64,000 bases of DNA from Macrostomum hystrix (taxonomy: Eukaryota; Animalia; Platyhelminthes), in assembly GCA_950097015.1 (NCBI GenBank), contig CATNEN010000001.1, positions 4,650,001 to 4,714,000 on the forward strand, given 5' to 3'. Position 1 is the stretch's first letter. Every line of letters starts with the position of its first letter. The notes under the pieces are model-generated. The model saw only the letters and a program-made list of their open reading frames with translations. It ran no database searches and was not told where the DNA came from. Shown piece by piece: positions 30,001 to 45,000 of the stretch. The position numbers were made by a program, and so were the translations under genes.

Positions 30001-33000
30001 TCCCAAACCAGAATCTAGAACAGATCCCAAAGCAGAATCTAGAACAGATCCCAAACCATAATCTAGAAGAGATCCCACACCAGAATCTAGAACAGATACC
30101 AAAGCAGAATCTAAAACAGATTCCAAAGCAGAATCTAAAACAGATCCCTAACCATAATCTAGAACAGATTCCAAACCAGAATCTAGAACAGATCCCAAAC
30201 CAGAATCTAGAAGAGATCCCAAACCAGAATCTAGAACAGATACCAAAGTAGAATCTAAAACAGATCCCTAACCATAATCTAGAACAGATTCAAAACCAGA
30301 ATCTAGAACAGATCCCAAACCAGAATCTAGAAGAGATCCCAAAGTAGAATCTAGAATAGATTCCAAAGCAGAATCTAAAACAGATTCCAAACCAGAATCT
30401 AGAACAGATCCCAAAGCAGCATCTAGAACCGATCCCAAACCAGAATCTAGAAGAGATCCCAAAGTAGAATCTAGAACAGATCCCAAAGCAGAATCTAGAA
30501 CAGATTCCAAAGCAGAATCTAAAACAGATCCCTAACCATAATCTAGAACAGATTCCAAACCAGAATCTAGAACAGATCCCAAACCAGAATCTAGAAGAGA
30601 TCCCAAACCAGAATCTAGAACAGATTCCAAAGCAGAATCTAAAACAGATCCCAAACCAGAATCTAGAAGAGATCCCAAAGTAGAATCTAGAACAGATCCC
30701 AAACCAGAATCTAGAAGAGATCCCAAACCAGAATCTAGAACAGATACCAAAGTAGAATCTAGAACAGATCCCAAAGCAGAATCTAGAACCGATCCCAAAG
30801 CAGCATCTAGAACCGATCCCAAAGCAGCATCTAGAACCGATCCCAAAGCAGAATCTAAAACAGATCCCTAACCATAATCTAGAACAGATTCCAAACCAGA
30901 ATCTAGAACAGATCCCAAAGCAGCATCTAGAACCGATCCCAAAGCAGCATCTAGAACCGATCCCAAAGTAGAATCTAGAACAGATCCCAAAGCAGAATCT
31001 AGAACAGATTCCAAAGCAGAATCTAAAACAGATCCCTAACCATAATCTAGAACAGATTCCAAACCAGAATCTAGAACAGATCCCAAACCAGAATCTAGAA
31101 GAGATCCCAAACCAGAATCTAGAACAGATTCCAAAGCAGAATCTAAAACAGATCCCAAACCAGAATCTAGAAGAGATCCCAAAGTAGAATCTAGAACAGA
31201 TCCCAAAGCAGAATCTAGAACAGATACCAAAGCAGAATCTAGAACAGATTCCAAAGCAGAATCTAAAACAGATCCCAAACCAGAATCTAGAAGAGATCCC
31301 AAAGTAGAATCTAGAACAGATTCCAAACCAGAATCTAGAACAGATTCCAAAACAGAATCTAAAACAGATCCCTAACCATAATCTAGAACAGATTCCAAAG
31401 CAGAATCTAGAACAGATCCCAAACCAGAATCTAGAAGAGATCCCTAACCAGAATCTAGAACAGATCCCAAACCAGAATCTAGAACAGATCCCAAACCAGA
31501 ATCTAGAACAGATACCAAAGTAGAATCTAAAACAGATCCCTAACCATAATCTAGAACAGATTCAAAACCAGAATCTAGAACAGATCCCAAACCAGAATCT
31601 AGAAGAGATCCCAAACCAGAATCTAGAATAGATTCCAAAGCAGAATCTAAAACAGATCCCTAACCATAATCTAGAACAGATTCCAAACCAGAATCTAGAA
31701 CAGATCCCAAACCAGAATCTAGAAGAGATCCCAAAGTAGAATCTAGAACAGATCCCAAACCAGAATCTAGAAGAGATCCCAAAGCAGAATCTAGAACAGA
31801 TTCCAAAGCAGAATCTAAAACAGATCCCTAACCATAATCTAGAACAGATTCCAAACCAGAATCTAGAACAGATCCCAAACCAGAATCTAGAAGAGATCCC
31901 AAACCAGAATCTAGAACAGATCCCAAAGCAGAATCTAAAACAGATTCCAAACCAGAATCTAGAACAGATCACAAACCAGAATCTAGAATAGATTCCAAAC
32001 CAGAATCTAGAACAGATTCCAAACCAGAATCTAGAACAGATCCCAAACCAGAATCTAGAACAGATCCCAAACCAGAATCTAGAACAGATACCAAAGTAGA
32101 ATCTAAAACAGATCCCTAACCATAATCTAGAACAGATTCAAAACCAGAATCTAGAACAGATCCCAAACCAGAATCTAGAAGAGATCCCAAAGTAGAATCT
32201 AGAATAGATTCCAAAGCAGAATCTAAAACAGATCCCTAACCATAATCTAGAACAGATTCCAAACCAGAATCTAGAACAGATCCCAAACCAGAATCTAGAA
32301 CAGATCCCAAAGTAGAATCTAGAACAGATCCCAAAGCAGAATCTAGAACAGATTCCAAAGCAGAATCTAAAACAGATCCCAAACCAGAATCTAGAACAGA
32401 TCCCAAAGCAGAATCTAGAACAGATCCCAAACCATAATCTAGAAGAGATCCCAAACCAGAATCTAGAACAGATACCAAAGCAGAATCTAAAACAGATTCC
32501 AAAGCAGAATCTAAAACAGATCCCTAACCATAATCTAGAACAGATTCCAAACCAGAATCTAGAACAGATCCCAAACCAGAATCTAGAAGAGATCCCAAAC
32601 CAGAATCTAGAACAGATACCAAAGTAGAATCTAAAACAGATCCCTAACCATAATCTAGAACAGATTCAAAACCAGAATCTAGAACAGATTCCAAACCAGA
32701 ATCTAGAACAGATTCCAAACCAGAATCTAGAATAGATTCCAAACCAGAATCTAGAACAGATTCCAAACCAGAATCTAGAACAGATCCCAAACCAGAATCT
32801 AGAACAGATCCCAAACCAGAATCTAGAACAGATACCAAAGTAGAATCTAAAACAGATCCCTAACCATAATCTAGAACAGATTCAAAACCAGAATCTAGAA
32901 CAGATCCCAAACCAGAATCTAGAAGAGATCCCAAAGTAGAATCTAGAATAGATTCCAAAGCAGAATCTAAAACAGATTCCAAACCAGAATCTAGAACAGA

Positions 33001-36000
33001 TCCCAAAGCAGCATCTAGAACCGATCCCAAACCAGAATCTAGAAGAGATCCCAAAGTAGAATCTAGAACAGATCCCAAAGCAGAATCTAGAACAGATTCC
33101 AAAGCAGAATCTAAAACAGATCCCTAACCATAATCTAGAACAGATTCCAAACCAGAATCTAGAACAGATCCCAAACCAGAATCTAGAAGAGATCCCAAAC
33201 CAGAATCTAGAACAGATTCCAAAGCAGAATCTAAAACAGATCCCAAACCAGAATCTAGAAGAGATCCCAAAGTAGAATCTAGAACAGATCCCAAACCAGA
33301 ATCTAGAAGAGATCCCAAACCAGAATCTAGAACAGATACCAAAGTAGAATCTAGAACAGATCCCAAAGCAGAATCTAGAACCGATCCCAAAGCAGCATCT
33401 AGAACCGATCCCAAAGCAGCATCTAGAACCGATCCCAAAGAAGAATCTAAAACAGATCCCTAACCATAATCTAGAACAGATTCCAAACCAGAATCTAGAA
33501 CAGATCCCAAAGCAGCATCTAGAACCGATCCCAAAGCAGCATCTAGAACCGATCCCAAAGTAGAATCTAGAACAGATCCCAAAGCAGAATCTAGAACAGA
33601 TTCCAAAGCAGAATCTAAAACAGATCCCTAACCATAATCTAGAACAGATTCCAAACCAGAATCTAGAACAGATCCCAAACCAGAATCTAGAAGAGATCCC
33701 AAACCAGAATCTAGAACAGATTCCAAAGCAGAATCTAAAACAGATCCCAAACCAGAATCTAGAAGAGATCCCAAAGTAGAATCTAGAACAGATCCCAAAG
33801 CAGAATCTAGAACAGATACCAAAGCAGAATCTAGAACAGATTCCAAAGCAGAATCTAAAACAGATCCCAAACCAGAATCTAGAAGAGATCCCAAAGTAGA
33901 ATCTAGAACAGATTCCAAACCAGAATCTAGAACAGATTCCAAAACAGAATCTAAAACAGATCCCTAACCATAATCTAGAACAGATTCCAAAGCAGAATCT
34001 AGAACAGATCCCAAACCAGAATCTAGAAGAGATCCCAAAGTAGAATCTAGAACAGATCCCAAACCAGAATCTAGAAGAGATCCCAAACCAGAATCTAGAA
34101 CAGATCCCAAACCAGAATCTAGAAGAGATCCCAAAGTAGAATCTAGAACAGATCCCAAACCAGAATCTAGAAGAGATCCCAAAGTAGAATCTAGAACAGA
34201 TTCCAAACCAGAATCTAGAACAGATCCCAAACCAGAATCTAGAAGAGATCCCAAAGTAGAATCTAGAACAGATCCCAAACCAGAATCTAGAACAGATCCC
34301 AAACCAGAATCTAGAACAGATACCAAAGCAGAATCTAGAACAGATTCCAAAGCAGAATCTAAAACAGATCCCAAACCAGAATCTAGAAGAGATCCCAAAG
34401 TAGAATCTAGAACAGATCCCAAACCAGAATCTAGAACAGATTCCAAAGCAGAATCTAAAACAGATCCCTAACCATAATCTAGAACAGATTCCAAACCAGA
34501 ATCTAGAACAGATCCCAAACCAGAATCTAGAATAGATTCCAAACCAGAATCTAGAACAGATTCCAAACCAGAATCTAGAACAGATCCCAAACCAGAATCT
34601 AGAACAGATCCCAAACCAGAATCTAGAACAGATACCAAAGTAGAATCTAAAACAGATCCCTAACCATAATCTAGAACAGATTCAAAACCAGAATCTAGAA
34701 CAGATCCCAAACCAGAATCTAGAAGAGATCCCAAAGTAGAATCTAGAATAGATTCCAAAGCAGAATCTAAAACAGATTCCAAACCAGAATCTAGAACAGA
34801 TCCCAAAGCAGCATCTAGAACCGATCCCAAACCAGAATCTAGAAGAGATCCCAAAGTAGAATCTAGAACAGATCCCAAAGCAGAATCTAGAACAGATTCC
34901 AAAGCAGAATCTAAAACAGATCCCTAACCATAATCTAGAACAGATTCCAAACCAGAATCTAGAACAGATCCCAAACCAGAATCTAGAAGAGATCCCAAAC
35001 CAGAATCTAGAACAGATTCCAAAGCAGAATCTAAAACAGATCCCAAACCAGAATCTAGAAGAGATCCCAAAGTAGAATCTAGAACAGATCCCAAACCAGA
35101 ATCTAGAAGAGATCCCAAACCAGAATCTAGAACAGATACCAAAGTAGAATCTAGAACAGATCCCAAAGCAGAATCTAGAACCGATCCCAAAGCAGCATCT
35201 AGAACCGATCCCAAAGCAGCATCTAGAACCGATCCCAAAGAAGAATCTAAAACAGATCCCTAACCATAATCTAGAACAGATTCCAAACCAGAATCTAGAA
35301 CAGATCCCAAAGCAGCATCTAGAACCGATCCCAAAGCAGCATCTAGAACCGATCCCAAAGTAGAATCTAGAACAGATCCCAAAGCAGAATCTAGAACAGA
35401 TTCCAAAGCAGAATCTAAAACAGATCCCTAACCATAATCTAGAACAGATTCCAAACCAGAATCTAGAACAGATCCCAAACCAGAATCTAGAAGAGATCCC
35501 AAACCAGAATCTAGAACAGATTCCAAAGCAGAATCTAAAACAGATCCCAAACCAGAATCTAGAAGAGATCCCAAAGTAGAATCTAGAACAGATCCCAAAG
35601 CAGAATCTAGAACAGATACCAAAGCAGAATCTAGAACAGATTCCAAAGCAGAATCTAAAACAGATCCCAAACCAGAATCTAGAAGAGATCCCAAAGTAGA
35701 ATCTAGAACAGATTCCAAACCAGAATCTAGAACAGATTCCAAAACAGAATCTAAAACAGATCCCTAACCATAATCTAGAACAGATTCCAAAGCAGAATCT
35801 AGAACAGATCCCAAACCAGAATCTAGAAGAGATCCCAAAGTAGAATCTAGAACAGATCCCAAACCAGAATCTAGAAGAGATCCCAAACCAGAATCTAGAA
35901 CAGATCCCAAACCAGAATCTAGAAGAGATCCCAAAGTAGAATCTAGAACAGATCCCAAACCAGAATCTAGAAGAGATCCCAAAGTAGAATCTAGAACAGA

Positions 36001-39000
36001 TTCCAAACCAGAATCTAGAACAGATCCCAAACCAGAATCTAGAAGAGATCCCAAAGTAGAATCTAGAACAGATCCCAAACCAGAATCTAGAACAGATCCC
36101 AAACCAGAATCTAGAACAGATACCAAAGCAGAATCTAGAACAGATTCCAAAGCAGAATCTAAAACAGATCCCAAACCAGAATCTAGAAGAGATCCCAAAG
36201 TAGAATCTAGAACAGATCCCAAACCAGAATCTAGAACAGATTCCAAAGCAGAATCTAAAACAGATCCCTAACCATAATCTAGAACAGATTCCAAACCAGA
36301 ATCTAGAACAGATCCCAAACCAGAATCTAGAAGAGATCCCAAACCAGAATCTAGAAGAGATCCCAAAGTAGAATCTAGAACAGATCCCAAACCAGAATCT
36401 AGAACAGATTCCAAAGCAGAATCTAAAACAGATCCCAAACCAGAATCTAGAAGAGATCCCAAAGTAGAATCTAGAACAGATCCCAAACCAGAATCTAGAA
36501 GAGATCCCAAACCAGAATCTAGAACAGATACCAAAGTAGAATCTAGAACAGATCCCAAAGCAGAATCTAGAACCGATCCCAAAGCAGCATCTAGAACCGA
36601 TCCCAAAGCAGCATCTAGAACCGATCCCAAAGCAGAATCTAAAACAGATCCCTAACCATAATCTAGAACAGATTCCAAACCAGAATCTAGAACAGATCCC
36701 AAAGCAGCATCTAGAACCGATCCCAAAGCAGCATCTAGAACCGATCCCAAAGTAGAATCTAGAACAGATCCCAAAGCAGAATCTAGAACAGATTCCAAAG
36801 CAGAATCTAAAACAGATCCCTAACCATAATCTAGAACAGATTCCAAACCAGAATCTAGAACAGATCCCAAACCAGAATCTAGAAGAGATCCCAAACCAGA
36901 ATCTAGAACAGATTCCAAAGCAGAATCTAAAACAGATCCCAAACCAGAATCTAGAAGAGATCCCAAAGTAGAATCTAGAACAGATCCCAAAGCAGAATCT
37001 AGAACAGATACCAAAGCAGAATCTAGAACAGATTCCAAAGCAGAATCTAAAACAGATCCCAAACCAGAATCTAGAAGAGATCCCAAAGTAGAATCTAGAA
37101 CAGATTCCAAACCAGAATCTAGAACAGATTCCAAAACAGAATCTAAAACAGATCCCTAACCATAATCTAGAACAGATTCCAAAGCAGAATCTAGAACAGA
37201 TCCCAAACCAGAATCTAGAACAGATCCCAAAGCAGCATCTAGAACCGATCCCAAACCAGAATCTAGAAGAGATCCCAAAGTAGAATCTAGAACAGATCCC
37301 AAAGCAGAATCTAGAACAGATTCCAAAGCAGAATCTAAAACAGATCCCTAACCATAATCTAGAACAGATTCCAAACCAGAATCTAGAACAGATCCCAAAC
37401 CAGAATCTAGAAGAGATCCCAAACCAGAATCTAGAACAGATTCCAAAGCAGAATCTAAAACAGATCCCAAACCAGAATCTAGAAGAGATCCCAAAGTAGA
37501 ATCTAGAACAGATCCCAAACCAGAATCTAGAAGAGATCCCAAACCAGAATCTAGAACAGATACCAAAGTAGAATCTAGAACAGATCCCAAAGCAGAATCT
37601 AGAACCGATCCCAAAGCAGCATCTAGAACCGATCCCAAAGCAGCATCTAGAACCGATCCCAAAGCAGAATCTAAAACAGATCCCTAACCATAATCTAGAA
37701 CAGATTCCAAACCAGAATCTAGAACAGATCCCAAAGCAGCATCTAGAACCGATCCCAAAGCAGCATCTAGAACCGATCCCAAAGTAGAATCTAGAACAGA
37801 TCCCAAAGCAGAATCTAGAACAGATTCCAAAGCAGAATCTAAAACAGATCCCTAACCATAATCTAGAACAGATTCCAAACCAGAATCTAGAACAGATCCC
37901 AAACCAGAATCTAGAAGAGATCCCAAACCAGAATCTAGAACAGATTCCAAAGCAGAATCTAAAACAGATCCCAAACCAGAATCTAGAAGAGATCCCAAAG
38001 TAGAATCTAGAACAGATCCCAAAGCAGAATCTAGAACAGATACCAAAGCAGAATCTAGAACAGATTCCAAAGCAGAATCTAAAACAGATCCCAAACCAGA
38101 ATCTAGAAGAGATCCCAAAGTAGAATCTAGAACAGATTCCAAACCAGAATCTAGAACAGATTCCAAAACAGAATCTAAAACAGATCCCTAACCATAATCT
38201 AGAACAGATTCCAAAGCAGAATCTAGAACAGATCCCAAACCAGAATCTAGAAGAGATCCCAAAGTAGAATCTAGAACAGATCCCAAACCAGAATCTAGAA
38301 GAGATCCCAAACCAGAATCTAGAACAGATCCCAAACCAGAATCTAGAAGAGATCCCAAAGTAGAATCTAGAACAGATCCCAAACCAGAATCTAGAACAGA
38401 TACCAAAGTAGAATCTAGAACAGATTCCAAACCAGAATCTAGAACAGATCCCAAACCAGAATCTAGAAGAGATCCCAAAGTAGAATCTAGAACAGATCCC
38501 AAACCAGAATCTAGAACAGATCCCAAACCAGAATCTAGAACAGATACCAAAGCAGAATCTAGAACAGATTCCAAAGCAGAATCTAAAACAGATCCCAAAC
38601 CAGAATCTAGAAGAGATCCCAAAGTAGAATCTAGAACAGATCCCAAACCAGAATCTAGAACAGATTCCAAAGCAGAATCTAAAACAGATCCCTAACCATA
38701 ATCTAGAACAGATTCCAAACCAGAATCTAGAACAGATTCCAAAACAGAATCTAAAACAGATCCCTAACCATAATCTAGAACAGATTCCAAAGCAGAATCT
38801 AGAACAGATCCCAAACCAGAATCTAGAAGAGATCCCAAAGTAGAATCTAGAACAGATCCCAAACCAGAATCTAGAAGAGATCCCAAACCAGAATCTAGAA
38901 CAGATCCCAAACCAGAATCTAGAAGAGATCCCAAAGTAGAATCTAGAACAGATCCCAAACCAGAATCTAGAAGAGATCCCAAAGTAGAATCTAGAACAGA

Positions 39001-42000
39001 TTCCAAACCAGAATCTAGAACAGATCCCAAACCAGAATCTAGAAGAGATCCCAAAGTAGAATCTAGAACAGATCCCAAACCAGAATCTAGAACAGATCCC
39101 AAACCAGAATCTAGAACAGATACCAAAGCAGAATCTAGAACAGATTCCAAAGCAGAATCTAAAACAGATCCCAAACCAGAATCTAGAAGAGATCCCAAAG
39201 TAGAATCTAGAACAGATCCCAAACCAGAATCTAGAACAGATTCCAAAGCAGAATCTAAAACAGATCCCTAACCATAATCTAGAACAGATTCCAAACCAGA
39301 ATCTAGAACAGATCCCAAACCAGAATCTAGAAGAGATCCCAAACCAGAATCTAGAAGAGATCCCAAAGTAGAATCTAGAACAGATCCCAAACCAGAATCT
39401 AGAACAGATTCCAAAGCAGAATCTAAAACAGATCCCAAACCAGAATCTAGAAGAGATCCCAAAGTAGAATCTAGAACAGATCCCAAACCAGAATCTAGAA
39501 GAGATCCCAAACCAGAATCTAGAACAGATACCAAAGTAGAATCTAGAACAGATCCCAAAGCAGAATCTAGAACCGATCCCAAAGCAGCATCTAGAACCGA
39601 TCCCAAACCAGAATCTAGAAGAGATCCCAAAGTAGAATCTAGAACAGATTCCAAACCAGAATCTAGAACAGATCCCAAACCAGAATCTAGAAGAGATCCC
39701 AAAGTAGAATCTAGAACAGATCCCAAACCAGAATCTAGAACAGATCCCAAACCAGAATCTAGAACAGATACCAAAGCAGAATCTAGAACAGATTCCAAAG
39801 CAGAATCTAAAACAGATCCCAAACCAGAATCTAGAAGAGATCCCAAAGTAGAATCTAGAACAGATCCCAAACCAGAATCTAGAACAGATTCCAAAGCAGA
39901 ATCTAAAACATATCCCTAACCATAATCTAGAACAGATTCCAAACCAGAATCTAGAACAGATCCCAAACCAGAATCTAGAAGAGATCCCAAACCAGAATCT
40001 AGAAGAGATCCCAAAGTAGAATCTAGAACAGATCCCAAACCAGAATCTAGAACAGATTCCAAAGCAGAATCTAAAACAGATCCCAAACCAGAATCTAGAA
40101 GAGATCCCAAAGTAGAATCTAGAACAGATCCCAAACCAGAATCTAGAACAGATTCCAAAGCAGAATCTAGAACAGATCCCAAACCAGAATCTAGAAGAGA
40201 TCCCAAAGTAGAATCTAGAACAGATCCCAAACCAGAATCTAGAAGAGATCCCAAACCAGAATCTAGAACAGATCCCAAACCAGAATCTAGAACCGATCCC
40301 AAAGTAGAATCTAGAACAGATCCCAAAGCAGAATCTAGAACAGATTCCAAAGCAGAATCTAAAACAGATCCCTAACCATAATCTAGAACAGATTCCAAAC
40401 CAGAATCTAGAACAGATCCCAAACCAGAATCTAGAAGAGATCCCAAACCAGAATCTAGAACAGATTCCAAAGCAGAATCTAAAACAGATCCCAAACCAGA
40501 ATCTAGAAGAGATCCCAAAGTAGAATCTAGAACAGATCCCAAAGCAGAATCTAGAACAGATACCAAAGAAGAATCTAGAACAGATTCCAAAGCAGAATCT
40601 AAAACAGATCCCAAACCAGAATCTAGAAGAGATCCCAAAGTAGAATCTAGAACAGATTCCAAACCAGAATCTAGAACAGATTCCAAAACAGAATCTAAAA
40701 CAGATCCCTAACCATAATCTAGAACAGATTCCAAAGCAGAATCTAGAACAGATCCCAAACCAGAATCTAGAAGAGATCCCAAAGTAGAATCTAGAACAGA
40801 TCCCAAACCAGAATCTAGAAGAGATCCCAAACCAGAATCTAGAACAGATCCCAAACCAGAATCTAGAAGAGATCCCAAAGTAGAATCTAGAACAGATTCC
40901 AAACCAGAATCTAGAACAGATCCCAAACCAGAATCTAGAAGAGATCCCAAAGTAGAATCTAGAACAGATCCCAAACCAGAATCTAGAAGAGATCCCAAAC
41001 CAGAATCTAGAACAGATACCAAAGCAGAATCTAGAACAGATTCCAAAGCAGAATCTAAAACAGATCCCAAACCAGAATCTAGAAGAGATCCCAAAGTAGA
41101 ATCTAGAACAGATCCCAAACCAGAATCTAGAACAGATTCCAAAGCAGAATCTAAAACAGATCCCTAACCATAATCTAGAACAGATTCCAAACCAGAATCT
41201 AGAACAGATCCCAAACCAGAATCTAGAAGAGATCCCAAACCAGAATCTAGAAGAGATCCCAAAGTAGAATCTAGAACAGATCCCAAACCAGAATCTAGAA
41301 CAGATTCCAAAGCAGAATCTAAAACAGATCCCAAACCAGAATCTAGAAGAGATCCCAAAGTAGAATCTAGAACAGATCCCAAACCAGAATCTAGAAGAGA
41401 TCCCAAACCAGAATCTAGAACAGATACCAAAGTAGAATCTAGAACAGATCCCAAAGCAGAATCTAGAACCGATCCCAAAGCAGCATCTAGAACCGATCCC
41501 AAAGCAGCATCTAGAACCGATCCCAAAGCAGAATCTAAAACAGATCCCTAACCATAATCTAGAACAGATTCCAAACCAGAATCTAGAACAGATCCCAAAG
41601 CAGCATCTAGAACCGATCCCAAAGCAGCATCTAGAACCGATCCCAAAGTAGAATCTAGAACAGATCCCAAAGCAGAATCTAGAACAGATTCCAAAGCAGA
41701 ATCTAAAACAGATCCCTAACCATAATCTAGAACAGATTCCAAACCAGAATCTAGAACAGATCCCAAACCAGAATCTAGAAGAGATCCCAAACCAGAATCT
41801 AGAACAGATTCCAAAGCAGAATCTAAAACAGATCCCAAACCAGAATCTAGAAGAGATCCCAAAGTAGAATCTAGAACAGATCCCAAAGCAGAATCTAGAA
41901 CAGATACCAAAGCAGAATCTAGAACAGATTCCAAAGCAGAATCTAAAACAGATCCCAAACCAGAATCTAGAAGAGATCCCAAAGTAGAATCTAGAACAGA

Positions 42001-45000
42001 TTCCAAACCAGAATCTAGAACAGATTCCAAAACAGAATCTAAAACAGATCCCTAACCATAATCTAGAACAGATTCCAAAGCAGAATCTAGAACAGATCCC
42101 AAACCAGAATCTAGAACAGATCCCAAAGCAGCATCTAGAACCGATCCCAAACCAGAATCTAGAAGAGATCCCAAAGTAGAATCTAGAACAGATCCCAAAG
42201 CAGAATCTAGAACAGATTCCAAAGCAGAATCTAAAACAGATCCCTAACCATAATCTAGAACAGATTCCAAACCAGAATCTAGAACAGATCCCAAACCAGA
42301 ATCTAGAAGAGATCCCAAACCAGAATCTAGAACAGATTCCAAAGCAGAATCTAAAACAGATCCCAAACCAGAATCTAGAAGAGATCCCAAAGTAGAATCT
42401 AGAACAGATCCCAAACCAGAATCTAGAAGAGATCCCAAACCAGAATCTAGAACAGATACCAAAGTAGAATCTAGAACAGATCCCAAAGCAGAATCTAGAA
42501 CCGATCCCAAAGCAGCATCTAGAACCGATCCCAAAGCAGCATCTAGAACCGATCCCAAAGCAGAATCTAAAACAGATCCCTAACCATAATCTAGAACAGA
42601 TTCCAAACCAGAATCTAGAACAGATCCCAAAGCAGCATCTAGAACCGATCCCAAAGCAGCATCTAGAACCGATCCCAAAGTAGAATCTAGAACAGATCCC
42701 AAAGCAGAATCTAGAACAGATTCCAAAGCAGAATCTAAAACAGATCCCTAACCATAATCTAGAACAGATTCCAAACCAGAATCTAGAACAGATCCCAAAC
42801 CAGAATCTAGAAGAGATCCCAAACCAGAATCTAGAACAGATTCCAAAGCAGAATCTAAAACAGATCCCAAACCAGAATCTAGAAGAGATCCCAAAGTAGA
42901 ATCTAGAACAGATCCCAAAGCAGAATCTAGAACAGATACCAAAGCAGAATCTAGAACAGATTCCAAAGCAGAATCTAAAACAGATCCCAAACCAGAATCT
43001 AGAAGAGATCCCAAAGTAGAATCTAGAACAGATTCCAAACCAGAATCTAGAACAGATTCCAAAACAGAATCTAAAACAGATCCCTAACCATAATCTAGAA
43101 CAGATTCCAAAGCAGAATCTAGAACAGATCCCAAACCAGAATCTAGAAGAGATCCCAAAGTAGAATCTAGAACAGATCCCAAACCAGAATCTAGAAGAGA
43201 TCCCAAACCAGAATCTAGAACAGATCCCAAACCAGAATCTAGAAGAGATCCCAAAGTAGAATCTAGAACAGATCCCAAACCAGAATCTAGAAGAGATCCC
43301 AAAGTAGAATCTAGAACAGATTCCAAACCAGAATCTAGAACAGATCCCAAACCAGAATCTAGAAGAGATCCCAAAGTAGAATCTAGAACAGATCCCAAAC
43401 CAGAATCTAGAACAGATCCCAAACCAGAATCTAGAACAGATACCAAAGCAGAATCTAGAACAGATTCCAAAGCAGAATCTAAAACAGATCCCAAACCAGA
43501 ATCTAGAAGAGATCCCAAAGTAGAATCTAGAACAGATCCCAAACCAGAATCTAGAACAGATTCCAAAGCAGAATCTAAAACAGATCCCTAACCATAATCT
43601 AGAACAGATTCCAAAGCAGAATCTAAAACAGATCCCAAACCAGAATCTAGAAGAGATCCCAAAGTAGAATCTAGAACAGATCCCAAACCAGAATCTAGAA
43701 GAGATCCCAAACCAGAATCTAGAACAGATACCAAAGTAGAATCTAGAACAGATCCCAAAGCAGAATCTAGAACCGATCCCAAAGCAGCATCTAGAACCGA
43801 TCCCAAAGCAGCATCTAGAACCGATCCCAAAGCAGAATCTAAAACAGATCCCTAACCATAATCTAGAACAGATTCCAAACCAGAATCTAGAACAGATCCC
43901 AAAGCAGCATCTAGAACCGATCCCAAAGCAGCATCTAGAACCGATCCCAAAGTAGAATCTAGAACAGATCCCAAAGCAGAATCTAGAACAGATTCCAAAG
44001 CAGAATCTAAAACAGATCCCTAACCATAATCTAGAACAGATTCCAAACCAGAATCTAGAACAGATCCCAAACCAGAATCTAGAAGAGATCCCAAACCAGA
44101 ATCTAGAACAGATTCCAAAGCAGAATCTAAAACAGATCCCAAACCAGAATCTAGAAGAGATCCCAAAGTAGAATCTAGAACAGATCCCAAAGCAGAATCT
44201 AGAACAGATACCAAAGCAGAATCTAGAACAGATTCCAAAGCAGAATCTAAAACAGATCCCAAACCAGAATCTAGAAGAGATCCCAAAGTAGAATCTAGAA
44301 CAGATTCCAAACCAGAATCTAGAACAGATTCCAAAACAGAATCTAAAACAGATCCCTAACCATAATCTAGAACAGATTCCAAAGCAGAATCTAGAACAGA
44401 TCCCAAACCAGAATCTAGAAGAGATCCCAAAGTAGAATCTAGAACAGATCCCAAACCAGAATCTAGAAGAGATCCCAAACCAGAATCTAGAACAGATCCC
44501 AAACCAGAATCTAGAAGAGATCCCAAAGTAGAATCTAGAACAGATCCCAAACCAGAATCTAGAAGAGATCCCAAAGTAGAATCTAGAACAGATTCCAAAC
44601 CAGAATCTAGAACAGATCCCAAACCAGAATCTAGAAGAGATCCCAAAGTAGAATCTAGAACAGATCCCAAACCAGAATCTAGAACAGATCCCAAACCAGA
44701 ATCTAGAACAGATACCAAAGCAGAATCTAGAACAGATTCCAAAGCAGAATCTAAAACAGATCCCAAACCAGAATCTAGAAGAGATCCCAAAGTAGAATCT
44801 AGAACAGATCCCAAACCAGAATCTAGAACAGATTCCAAAGCAGAATCTAAAACAGATCCCTAACCATAATCTAGAACAGATTCCAAACCAGAATCTAGAA
44901 CAGATCCCAAACCAGAATCTAGAAGAGATCCCAAACCAGAATCTAGAAGAGATCCCAAAGTAGAATCTAGAACAGATCCCAAACCAGAATCTAGAACAGA